64,000 bases of DNA from Acidimicrobiia bacterium. Its GTDB lineage: Bacteria; Actinomycetota; Acidimicrobiia; IMCC26256; PALSA-610. Below are positions 37,617 through 45,904 of this stretch, one piece after another. Position 1 is the stretch's first letter; every line of letters begins with the position of its first letter. Location: positions 11,161 through 75,160 of the forward strand of contig JBBSFB010000014.1 of NCBI GenBank assembly GCA_038239145.1, read 5' to 3'. Under the pieces are notes generated by a model. The model was given only the letters and a program-made list of their open reading frames with translations, had not been told where the DNA came from and ran no database searches. A program made the translations under genes and the position numbers.

Positions 37617-37865
37617 ATGGCTGACTACGTCATCCCCGAACCGGAACCGAAAGAGATCGACGAGACGCTCTCGATGGAGCTGCGTCACCTCGCGGCGAAC
37701 GCAGTGCTCATCGGGCATCCATCGGGTGCGGAGAAGTGCGAGACCTGCCGCTACTACCTCGAGCCGACCGCCGATCTCTCGTACTGCTGGCACCCCAAGC
37801 TCAGGATCCTCGTCGGATCCGAGTGGTGGTGCCAGTGGTGGGACGCGATTCCCGACGAGTCGTGA
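37617..37865 (+). CDS. small HiPIP-like four-Cys protein (putative 4Fe-4S)
   Basis: Tail of ORF 37089-37865 from ATG 37617. Spacing C-x2-C-x12-C-x13-C (CETCRYY...YCWHPKL...WWCQWW) resembles high-potential iron-sulfur proteins. No signal peptide. Confidence 0.5.
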   Translation: MADYVIPEPEPKEIDETLSMELRHLAANAVLIGHPSGAEKCETCRYYLEPTADLSYCWHPKLRILVGSEWWCQWWDAIPDES

Positions 37866-38192
37866 AACCCGTTCGTCGCACCGGTTTGTGACCGCCGATT
37901 TGTCTCGCGATTCGCGCATCGGGGTTGAACACAGCCGGTGCACGGGTCGTGTAGCTCGCTTACTTCCTCCGGTTTGAACCGCGCCGATCAGCAAACCCGC
38001 AGTTTTCGGGTTTGCGCTTGCCCGCGGCCCCGTGACCACCAGGAACGTTCCGAAGATTGCCGCGCGGTCGGATCGAGTCGGACCGTTATGTCCGGTCGGC
38101 GGCTTGCCGCGACCTCAGGATCCCCAGCGGAAATGGCGATTGGACCCGTGACCGACGCCTGAGAACCGGGCTTCGTTTCAAGGGGGAAACCA

Positions 38193-38480
38193 ATGCGCAA
38201 GTCACCTTTCTCGACCCCGCGCGAGAACGGTTCCTTCTCGCGTGCGAAGCGGCGAAAGAACCTCGTTGGCCTCTTCGCCGTTACGTTTATCGCCGCCATC
38301 GTTGCGGCAACGACCGGTCTCGCGTCGGCATCGGCTGCGCCGGTGACCACGCCGACGCAGGCCGATCCGACTGACGGGTCTGCACCCGCGTTGCACGTGT
38401 CGGTGCAACCGGATCGTGACGGCCGCAGGCGACGTGTTGCAGTGCGCGCACACTTTCTGACCCGACCCGACGCCTGGTAG
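38193..38480 (+). CDS. small secreted hypothetical protein
   Basis: ORF 38193-38480. RBS agggggaa and a signal-like segment LVGLFAVTFIAAIVAATTGLASASA. Confidence 0.4.
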   Translation: MRKSPFSTPRENGSFSRAKRRKNLVGLFAVTFIAAIVAATTGLASASAAPVTTPTQADPTDGSAPALHVSVQPDRDGRRRRVAVRAHFLTRPDAW

Positions 38481-38498
38481 GCCGGCGCGCGGTAGTCG

Positions 38499-39377
38499 TC
38501 ATTCGAGGCGTGCCTCGAGGTCGCGCGTCCGGGCGAGGTGCTCTCGTCGTCGAGCGCGATTCTTGACGGCGCCGGCGTGTTGCTCTGCGGCACCGGCGAG
38601 TTGCTCGGTCGCCCGGGCGCGCCCTTCGATCGCACGATCGGCCTCGCGTTGCGCGGCGACGAGCTGCCGCTCCGCTTTCGCCAGGGCCACTCCCGCGTCG
38701 GCGAGCTCCCGGTCCGCATGCTCAAGATCGTGCCGGTCCCGTTCGACGGCGGCTCGGGCCTCGACCCGGCGCGGCGACGGCCGGGAGTCCGTTGCCGGCG
38801 CGGGCTCGACCCTCGGAGCAGCGGGAGGACCAGGGGTAGGTACCGGCGGCCGGACCCGGACCGTGTCGGCGCCGGCGAGTGCCGGCATGCCCGCGAAGAG
38901 ATCGGTCGTATCGGTTGCGCCGGCCGAGAGCGTCGTGAGCTCGGCATCGCCGAAGAGCACACATGACTCCGGCGACGTCACGATCGCGTTCAGTGCGTCC
39001 TCGACGTCGCGTGTAGAGGTCTCTCGGGACCGTGCCGAGCATGCGATCACGTCGCCCGCAACGCCGAGGACCTGGGCAATTGCCTCCCGGCGTTCGGTCA
39101 ACGCGTTGCGGAAACCGTCGGCGTCGGCGCCCTCGAGGAGGGCGCGCTGCGCGGCCCGGGCCGCGTCGGCGGTCCCGAGGAGCCGTTGGGCGACGTCGAC
39201 TCGATCGGTCGCGACGACGTTCAAGGCCCAGAGGGCAACCGACGGCCGGCGCAGCTTCTTGACCGCTGCGGCCTCGGTCTTGTCGCCGCGTACCCGGAGC
39301 TCGCGTGCGAGCTCGTCTCGGCGCGCGACGAACTCGTTCGGGTCGACGACGAACAGCTCCTTGCGGGTGACCGGCAC
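38499..39377 (-). CDS. hypothetical protein with a C-terminal coiled coil
   Basis: ORF 38499-39377. Protein-like composition, a Pro-rich linker and a heptad-like C-terminus. Family not recognised. Confidence 0.65.
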   Translation of the reverse strand: MPVTRKELFVVDPNEFVARRDELARELRVRGDKTEAAAVKKLRRPSVALWALNVVATDRVDVAQRLLGTADAARAAQRALLEGADADGFRNALTERREAIAQVLGVAGDVIACSARSRETSTRDVEDALNAIVTSPESCVLFGDAELTTLSAGATDTTDLFAGMPALAGADTVRVRPPVPTPGPPAAPRVEPAPATDSRPSPRRVEARAAVERDRHDLEHADRELADAGVALAKAERQLVAAQREADRAIEGRARATEQLAGAAEQHAGAVKNRARRREHLARTRDLEARLE

Positions 39378-39489
39378 GTGTCATTGTGCCCAAGCGGAGT
39401 ATCCGGCCCGTGACGCAGCCGACACGGCCGGACCGCGGAGGCGTGCGGTCTGCAGGGCAATCGCGAGCGAGAACTGGAGTCGACATCGG

Positions 39490-39537
39490 GAATCGTCGAA
39501 CTCACGAGACACCGAATCGTCGAACTCACGAGACACC
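39490..39537 (+). repeat. perfect 24-bp tandem duplication (gaatcgtcgaactcacgagacacc x2)
   Basis: Read directly. It lies immediately 5' of the truncated GGDEF-EAL reading frame. Confidence 0.95.
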
Positions 39538-39609
39538 GTCGCCGACGGGCTGCGGCAGACGCTCGGCCCGCTCGAGATCGCGGCCCGGTTCGACAGTGAT
39601 TCCTTCGAG

Positions 39610-40638
39610 GTGGTGGTTCCCTCTCTGCGATCGCCGGGTGCGCTGCTCGATATCGCCGACGCGCTTCGGGCGCGGTTGGGCGAGGGCGTGCAGTTGGTGG
39701 ACGACCGGCATCGCCCGTCGATCAGCATCGGCATGCTCGTCGTCGAGACCGGAACCAGCGCGACGACGGCACTCCGCGACGCCGAGACCGCGGTGTACCG
39801 GGCCAAAGAGCAAGGTCGCGATCGCTCCGCCTGGTTCGATCCGTCCCATCACCGGACCATGATCGCGAGCTTCGAATTGGAGCGCGACCTCCGGGCGGCG
39901 ATCGACGAAGACCAGCTGTATCTCGAGTATCAGCCCGTGCTCGACGTCGTGACCGACAAGGTCGCCAGCTGCGAAGCACTCGTGCGCTGGCGCCATCCCG
40001 AGCGGGGACGGATCGGACCGGACGAGTTCATTCCGTTCGCCGAAGCGACGGGCCTCATCATCGCCCTCGGCCGCTGGGTGCTGAGGCGCGCGGTCGCCGC
40101 GGCGCGAACCTGGCCCGACGCGGTCCAGGTCGCGGTGAACCTGTCGGCGCCGGAGCTCGCAGAGCCGGATCTCGTGGAGTTCGTGACGGGCACGCTTCGC
40201 GAGGCGCGGGTCCCGCCGTCGCGACTCATCCTCGAAATCACCGAGACTGCGGTCATTCACGATCCGATCGCAGCCGCCCGGACGATTGCAAGCCTCCGCG
40301 CGCACGGGATCAGCGTGGTCATCGACGACTTCGGTACCGGCTACACGTCACTCGCGTTCTTGCGCGACTATCCGCTCGACGGCCTGAAGATCGATCGCAG
40401 TTTTGTCACGGATCTCGAGAACGGTTCGAGCGCGATCGTGGATGCGATCATCAGGATGTCGGCCGCGTTGGATTTGAAGGTCGTCGCCGAGGGGATCGAG
40501 ACGCAGGCCGAGCTGGAGCATCTCCGTCGGCTCGGGTGCCGATTCGTGCAGGGCTACCTCGTTTGCCGACCGGTTGCCTCCGACGACTTGGCATTCACCG
40601 GGCTCGCCCCTGTCCTCTCCTCACCGACGGGGTCGTAG
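39610..40638 (+). CDS. EAL-domain c-di-GMP phosphodiesterase carrying only the distal half of a GGDEF domain (5'-truncated)
   Basis: Tail of ORF 38563-40638. The GGDEF position reads RFDSDSF. EAL signatures are CEALVRW, DDFGTGYTS and EGIETQ. No in-frame ATG/GTG/TTG was found by eye between about 39380 and GTG 39610 (the next ATG is 39733), so the start is uncertain and this may be a pseudogene. Confidence 0.6.
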   Translation: MVVPSLRSPGALLDIADALRARLGEGVQLVDDRHRPSISIGMLVVETGTSATTALRDAETAVYRAKEQGRDRSAWFDPSHHRTMIASFELERDLRAAIDEDQLYLEYQPVLDVVTDKVASCEALVRWRHPERGRIGPDEFIPFAEATGLIIALGRWVLRRAVAAARTWPDAVQVAVNLSAPELAEPDLVEFVTGTLREARVPPSRLILEITETAVIHDPIAAARTIASLRAHGISVVIDDFGTGYTSLAFLRDYPLDGLKIDRSFVTDLENGSSAIVDAIIRMSAALDLKVVAEGIETQAELEHLRRLGCRFVQGYLVCRPVASDDLAFTGLAPVLSSPTGS

Positions 40639-40659
40639 TGCCACCGCAGTGCGCGGGCG

Positions 40660-40975
40660 AAGATCGACTGTACTTGCGAGTATCTGCGTCGTCGGGAACG
40701 GCAAGCCTGCAGATTCCGGTGTCGCTGTCGTTCCGGTCGCCGCATACGGTGTCGGCGTACTGGTCGACGGGGGTGACGCACGGCGCCCACGAGTGGAACC
40801 CTGGCCTTCCAACCCGGAGAGACCACGCAGATGATGACGATCAGCGTGAACCGCGACCCGGTCGTCGAGCCGGACGAGTTGTTCGTCGTGTCGCCGCACG
40901 ATCCCGTGGGCGTGAAGATCGGGGGCTACTACGGCCTCGGGTTCGGGGGGATCCTCGACGACGACGGGCTTCCTG
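40660..40975 (+). pseudogene. degraded Calx-beta-like domain fragment
   Basis: Calx-beta-like strings are spread over three + frames: GTASLQIPVSLSF..HTVSAYWSTG, then GETTQMMTISVNRDPVVEPDELFVVS...GGILDDD. There is no start and no continuous frame. Confidence 0.3.
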
Positions 40976-41026
40976 AGTTTCCCGGCGGCCCGGGCGGGGA
41001 AACGTTGGTGGGACAGCCCCCTCGCA

Positions 41027-41230
41027 TTGGAGCAACGAATGCCGAACACCGACGACCTCAAGGGCCGGGCCAAAGAAGCGGCCGGAGACCTGACGAACAA
41101 CGACGACCTGAAGAACGAAGGCAAGGCCGACCGCGCCGGCGGCAAGGTGAAAGACGTCATCGACAATGCCGAAGAGAAGGCCAAGGACCTCGTCGACGAC
41201 GTGAAGGACAAGCTTCACCCGAAGCACTGA
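41027..41230 (+). CDS. CsbD-family stress protein
   Basis: ORF 41027-41230. DDLKGRAKEAAGDLTNNDDLKNEGKADRAGGKVKD is the canonical CsbD sequence. Confidence 0.85.
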   Translation: MEQRMPNTDDLKGRAKEAAGDLTNNDDLKNEGKADRAGGKVKDVIDNAEEKAKDLVDDVKDKLHPKH

Positions 41231-41354
41231 ATCGGTTTCGATTCGTCCGCGCGCCGAGCGCTTCGAGGTGCCATTCCAGCCTCGTTGCGTTCGGCGTTTG
41301 CTTTGGCACGATTTCGTCGTCGATGCGATGCGCCGAGGTACGAAACCTCGAGCG

Positions 41355-41627
41355 CTAATCGTCGAACCGGACCTCACCGTCGAGGACGTCGAGCGCGGTC
41401 TCCTCGAGGGACTGATCCTGGGAGCTCGCCCGGATCCGACGGCGCGCGAGCGCTTCGTCGATCCCGCAGCCGACCTGGGCGGCCACCATCCCGGTTGCCT
41501 GATGAATCCGGTAGCTGAGCGCCTCGTCGGGACCGGTCGCCATACGGCTCGCAGGGTAGCGGTGGAGCGTCAGTTCGCCGACGCGGTTCGCAGAAGGCGG
41601 TCCCGCGGCGCGCGACGTTTCGGTCAC
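41355..41627 (-). CDS. small ANTAR-like domain protein
   Basis: ORF 41355-41627. IHQATGMVAAQVGCGIDEALARRRIRASSQDQSLEETALDVL resembles the ANTAR helical core. Confidence 0.5.
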   Translation of the reverse strand: MTETSRAAGPPSANRVGELTLHRYPASRMATGPDEALSYRIHQATGMVAAQVGCGIDEALARRRIRASSQDQSLEETALDVLDGEVRFDD

Positions 41628-41650
41628 CGGGTCCGGGGTACCCCACTGGA

Positions 41651-41785
41651 GTGACCCTCGTGCTCATTGCCGTCATCCTGATCCTGATCGTCGTCGCACT
41701 GGTTGCGTTCGTCGTGATCCAACGTCGTCGGCGTGCCGGCGGCATCATCGTCGCCAAGCCCAAGCGCGGCGGCAGCAGTCAATGA
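41651..41785 (+). CDS. 44-aa single-TM mini-protein
   Basis: My own translation from GTG 41651: VTLVLIAVILILIVVALVAFVVIQRRRRAGGIIVAKPKRGGSSQ*. The stop TGA overlaps the ATG of the next gene (ATGA). It is too short for the ORF track. Confidence 0.4.
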   Translation: MTLVLIAVILILIVVALVAFVVIQRRRRAGGIIVAKPKRGGSSQ

Positions 41786-42363
41786 GCGGTCTGCTCTTTC
41801 GCGCGACCGACCTGAACGGTCTCCCGGTCGTGAGCATCGACTCGGGCGAAGCGCTCGCAGACGTCAAGGACATCGTGTACAGCGCGGAGAAGAGCGCACT
41901 GCTCGGCTTCACGCTCAACAAGCGCGGCTTCCTCGCCGGGCCCATGAAGAACGTGCTGGCCTACGCCGACGTCGCCGCCATCGGGCGCGACGCAGTCATG
42001 GTGAAGAGCGAGGCGGCGGTGACGAAGAAAGCCGACGCGCTGGTCGCGGTCGTCGACGAGTCGAGCGCGCGCAACGTCATCGGGAACGACGTGTTGACCG
42101 ACGGTGGGCAACGCCTCGGCACCGTCATCGACGTGGTAATCGAGGTGACGAGTGGCGACATCGTCGGCTACGAGCTGACGGGCGACGCGACGTTGCAAGC
42201 GCACGCAGGCCGACCTCTCCTCATCCCGATCCCCGCGACGCTCGCCGTTTCGGGTACCGCACTGATGGTGCCGGCCGGCGTCGAGCCGTTCATCCGCGAC
42301 GACCTCTCCGGATTCGGTGCCGCCGTGGACGAGTTCCGGGCCCAGTTGCCCGAAGGAGCCTGA
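41782..42363 (+). CDS. PRC-barrel domain protein
   Basis: ORF 41782-42363. Two PRC-like halves (LNGLPVVSIDSGEALADVKDIVY... and VIGNDVLTDGGQRLGTVIDVVIE...). Confidence 0.7.
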   Translation: MSGLLFRATDLNGLPVVSIDSGEALADVKDIVYSAEKSALLGFTLNKRGFLAGPMKNVLAYADVAAIGRDAVMVKSEAAVTKKADALVAVVDESSARNVIGNDVLTDGGQRLGTVIDVVIEVTSGDIVGYELTGDATLQAHAGRPLLIPIPATLAVSGTALMVPAGVEPFIRDDLSGFGAAVDEFRAQLPEGA

Positions 42364-42809
42364 TGCTGCTCACGACCACGCTCGGAGAGAACGTCGTGAG
42401 CAAGGCGACGGCCGACACGCTCGGCGCCGTCACGGGTGTGGTCGTCGACGCGAAGGTGCGGACCATCGCCGCCTTGCAGCTCGGCAAGGGCCGCAAAGCC
42501 AAGGTGGTCGGGTGGAGCGACGTGAGCGGCGTCGGGAGTGCGGCCGTGGTGGTCGAGCGCGACGAAGCGGTGCGGGAACCATCGGACGACGAGCATCGTT
42601 ACGTCGGCGGCGACGTTTCCGTGATCGGGGGGCTCGTGCTCTCGGACCGCGGGAACGCGCACGGCAAGATCGTCGACGTCGAATACGACGAGGTGAGCGG
42701 CGCCCTGGTTTCGATCCGCACTGCGTCGCTGACCGTACCGGCCGCCGCGCTCCGTTCGATCGGCGCCTTCGCGTGGGTGGTCGCGGCCGGCGACAACGAA
42801 CCGGCGTGA
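42363..42809 (+). CDS. PRC-barrel domain protein (paralogue)
   Basis: Tail of ORF 41733-42809 from ATG 42363 (TGATG overlap). ...VSKATADTLGAVTGVVVD... and LVLSDRGNAHGKIVDVEYD. Confidence 0.65.
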   Translation: MLLTTTLGENVVSKATADTLGAVTGVVVDAKVRTIAALQLGKGRKAKVVGWSDVSGVGSAAVVVERDEAVREPSDDEHRYVGGDVSVIGGLVLSDRGNAHGKIVDVEYDEVSGALVSIRTASLTVPAAALRSIGAFAWVVAAGDNEPA

Positions 42810-42865
42810 GCCCGGGCTTGCTTCGGGCCCAAGTCCCGGTTCGAGCAGGGTGGGCCGCGATCGTT

Positions 42866-42882
42866 GACGCCCCGGGGGCGTC
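42866..42882 (+). terminator. GC hairpin (gacgccc-cgg-gggcgtc) after the PRC-barrel genes
   Basis: A 7-bp perfect stem read directly. There is no U-tract, so support is weak. Confidence 0.3.
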
Positions 42883-42909
42883 CGACTACGGTCCGAGCGG
42901 GCTCGCGCT

Positions 42910-43085
42910 CGTGTGGCGCGCTCCGACGTTCTGTGGTTCCGCAGCAGGGGAAGACCGGTGAGAACCCGGCACTGACCCGCAACCGTGAGCTCCCCTCTCC
43001 GCCGGAGGGCGGGGCGAGTCGGAACACCTGCCCGGATCCAGCTTCGGCCACCGTCTCGTCGCGGTTCGCGAGACTGAACCTGGGT
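42910..43085 (+). promoter_or_regulatory. cobalamin (B12) riboswitch
   Basis: GGTTCCGCAGCAGGGGAAGACCGGTGAGAACCCGGCACTGACCCGCAACCGTGAG (core) and the B12-box-like GAGTCGGAACACCTGCC at 43016-43032. It sits directly upstream of the ECF transporter genes. Boundaries are approximate. Confidence 0.8.
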
Positions 43086-43118
43086 TGCAGATGAGCATGA
43101 GTTCGGCGGCACGTCCCC

Positions 43119-44288
43119 GTGGCCACTGACGCCAGGCGACTCCCGCGCACCCTGCATCCGGTCGCGTGGTGGGTCTGGGCCATCGGCCTCGCCGTCGCAG
43201 TGAATCGCACGACCAACCCGTTGCTGCTCGCGTTGGTGCTGGCAGTCCTCTCGTTCGTGGTCGTCAACCGGCGAACCGACGCACCGTGGGCGCGGGCGTT
43301 CAAGTACTACTTCGCGCTCGGGCTGTTCGTCATCGGTGTACACGTCGTGTTCCGCACCGTCTTCGGGTCCGGCCTCGCACCCGACGACCACATCCTGTTC
43401 CGGTTGCCCATGGTCCCGATGCCGGGTTGGTATGCCGGCGTCCAGATAGGTGGACCGGTATCGCTCGAAGCGACACTGTCCGCCGCCGCTGACGGGCTCC
43501 GGCTGGGCACGCTCATCTGCTGTATCGGGGCCGCCAACGCGCTCGCGAATCCGAAGCGCGCGCTGCGAGTGCTACCCGGCGCCCTGTACGAGTTGGGCGT
43601 CGCGGTCGTCGTATCCATCAGCGTCGCGCCGCAACTCGTCGAGAGCGTGCAACGTGTGGCGCGGGCCCGGCGGCTCCGGGCCGGGCGCAGCAAGGGCCTG
43701 CGCGCGCTGCGAAGCATCGCGATTCCGGTGCTGGAGGATGCGCTCGAGCGTTCGCTCATGCTCGCGGCCGCGATGGACTCGCGGGGCTACGGCCGGGCAG
43801 GCCCGCAGACGCGGAGCAGCCGCCGGCTGACGGCCGCGCTCATGCTCGCGGGAATGATGGGGCTGTGCGCGGGCGCGTACGGGTTGCTCGACAGCACGGC
43901 GCCTCACTTGCTCGGTGTTCTCGCGATTTTCGCCGGCGCGGCTCTGTGCTGCGGCGGCCTCGCGCTCGGCGGCCGGAGGGTGACCCGAACTCAGTACCGC
44001 CCCGATCCGTGGCGCGTGCCGGAATGGGCCGTGTGCGGCTGCGGCGTGACGACCGCGATCCTCCTCTACGCGAGTACGAGCTTCAACGCCGCCGCGCTGA
44101 ACCCGACGTTCTCGCCCCTGCATTTCCCGATGCTCCCGGTGTTGCCGACGATCGCGATCCTCCTGGCGGCGATCGCCGGTGTTGCGGCGCCGCCGCCTCC
44201 GCGTCCGTCGCGCCCCCGCGTCGCGACGCGGCCCGTGCGCAGCGAGGCGCACACCGACGAGCCGAGCGCGGCGCAGGTGTCGGTGTGA
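43119..44288 (+). CDS. ECF transporter T component (EcfT/CbiQ family)
   Basis: ORF 43119-44288 (GTG start). Multi-TM, with ...LMLAAAMDSRGYG... signature. Confidence 0.85.
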   Translation: MATDARRLPRTLHPVAWWVWAIGLAVAVNRTTNPLLLALVLAVLSFVVVNRRTDAPWARAFKYYFALGLFVIGVHVVFRTVFGSGLAPDDHILFRLPMVPMPGWYAGVQIGGPVSLEATLSAAADGLRLGTLICCIGAANALANPKRALRVLPGALYELGVAVVVSISVAPQLVESVQRVARARRLRAGRSKGLRALRSIAIPVLEDALERSLMLAAAMDSRGYGRAGPQTRSSRRLTAALMLAGMMGLCAGAYGLLDSTAPHLLGVLAIFAGAALCCGGLALGGRRVTRTQYRPDPWRVPEWAVCGCGVTTAILLYASTSFNAAALNPTFSPLHFPMLPVLPTIAILLAAIAGVAAPPPPRPSRPRVATRPVRSEAHTDEPSAAQVSV

Positions 44289-45904
44289 TCGAGTTCGATC
44301 GCGTCACCGTCACCTACACCGATGCGCCCGCGCCGGTGCTCCGCAACGTCAGCCTGCGCATCGACGAGGGTGAGCTGTGCCTCGTCGTGGGCCGTACGGG
44401 CGCGGGGAAATCGACGCTGCTCGGCGCGATCAACGGGCTCGTCCCGCATTTCACCGGCGGAGCCCTTGCCGGCCGCGTCGTCGTCGGCGGTCGCGATACC
44501 TCGACGCATCCGCCGCGCGAGCTCGCCGACATCGTCGGTGTCGTCGGCCAGGACCCCCTGGCCGGTTTCGTCACCGACGTCGTGGAGGAGGAGCTCGCAT
44601 ACAGCATGGAGCAACTTGCGGTGCCGGCCGACGTCATGCGCAAACGGGTCGAGGAGACGCTCGATCTCCTGGGGTTGGCCGAGCTCCGCTACCGCGCGCT
44701 GCACGAGATCTCCGGTGGTCAACAACAACGCGTTGCGATCGGCGCGGTGCTGACGCCTCATCCGCGCGTGCTCGTGCTCGACGAGCCCACCTCCGCGCTC
44801 GATCCGACGGCGGCTGAGGAGGTGCTCGCGGCGATCACCCGGCTCGTACACGATCTCGGCGTCACCGTCGTGCTCGCCGAGCACCGACTCGAACGCGTCG
44901 TGCAGTACGCCGATCGGGTCGTGCATCTCGCGGGCGACGGCACCGTACGAGCCGGGGCGCCGGCGGAGATGTTCGCGACCACGACGGTCGCGCCGCCGGT
45001 CGTCGAGCTCGGGCGCCTGGCCGGCTGGACACCGTTGCCCTTGTCGGTACGCGACGCACGCCGGCTGGCCGCACCGTTACGGGAGTCGATACCGGTCGTG
45101 GCGCCCGAGGTGGTGCGGGCCCGGGGCGGGGCCGGCGCGCGGCGCCTGCGGTGCCGGAGTGTGGTCGTGCGGTACGGCGATGTCGTCGCGGTGCGCAGTG
45201 TCGATCTCGACCTTGCCGCGCACGAGGTCACTGCCGTCATGGGTCGCAACGGTTCCGGGAAGTCGTCGTTGCTCTGGGCGATCCAGGGATCCGGCCAGCG
45301 CCAGGGCGGGGTCGTGGAGATCGACGGCCGGGATCCGAAGACGCTCTCGGCCGGCGACGCGCGGGCATTGGTGGGTCTGGTGCCCCAGACCCCGTCGGAC
45401 CTGCTGTACCTCGAGACGGTGCGGGCCGAGTTGGAGCAAGCCGATGCGGAGTCCGGGCCGACGCGCTCCGCGCCCGCCCGGGAGTTGCTCGATCGGCTCG
45501 CGCCCGGCATCCCGGACGACATCCACCCCCGCGATCTCTCGGAAGGACAACGCCTTTCACTCGTGCTCGCGGTGCAGCTCCGGGCCGCGCCCGCTGTCGT
45601 CCTGCTCGACGAGCCGACGCGCGGTCTCGACTACGAGGCCAAACGGGCCCTCGTGCGTATCGTGGACGAATTGGCGGCGGAAGGCCGCGCGGTGGTGATC
45701 GCGACCCACGATGTGGAGTTCGTCGCCGCGGCTGCCGACCGGGTGGTGGTCATGGCCGAGGGTGACATCGTCGCCGACGGCCCGACCGCAGCGGTCATCG
45801 TCGCCTCGCCCGCCTTCGCCCCGCAGGTCGCAAAGATTCTCGCCCCGCTCGAGTACCTCACCGTCGAGCAGGTGGCCATCGCGCTCGAACCGGCGGCGCG
45901 CTGA
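44285..45904 (+). CDS. ECF transporter ATPase with duplicated ABC domains (EcfA1-EcfA2 fusion)
   Basis: In ORF 43865-45904 from GTG 44285 (GTGA overlap). Two Walker A motifs (GRTGAGKST, GRNGSGKSS) and two signatures (ISGGQQQR, LSEGQRL). Confidence 0.9.
   Translation: MIEFDRVTVTYTDAPAPVLRNVSLRIDEGELCLVVGRTGAGKSTLLGAINGLVPHFTGGALAGRVVVGGRDTSTHPPRELADIVGVVGQDPLAGFVTDVVEEELAYSMEQLAVPADVMRKRVEETLDLLGLAELRYRALHEISGGQQQRVAIGAVLTPHPRVLVLDEPTSALDPTAAEEVLAAITRLVHDLGVTVVLAEHRLERVVQYADRVVHLAGDGTVRAGAPAEMFATTTVAPPVVELGRLAGWTPLPLSVRDARRLAAPLRESIPVVAPEVVRARGGAGARRLRCRSVVVRYGDVVAVRSVDLDLAAHEVTAVMGRNGSGKSSLLWAIQGSGQRQGGVVEIDGRDPKTLSAGDARALVGLVPQTPSDLLYLETVRAELEQADAESGPTRSAPARELLDRLAPGIPDDIHPRDLSEGQRLSLVLAVQLRAAPAVVLLDEPTRGLDYEAKRALVRIVDELAAEGRAVVIATHDVEFVAAAADRVVVMAEGDIVADGPTAAVIVASPAFAPQVAKILAPLEYLTVEQVAIALEPAAR

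Noticed and set aside
37866-38192. c-di-AMP (ydaO-type) or another known riboswitch in the long gap
   Set aside because: I could not align the conserved ydaO elements by eye, so no class is called.
38563-39537. N-terminal 320 aa of the 691-aa ORF 38563-40638, read as part of the EAL protein
   Set aside because: This part is Ala/Ser/Arg-rich and exactly antisense to the better-supported gene 38499-39377. Recognisable domain sequence only begins after 39538.
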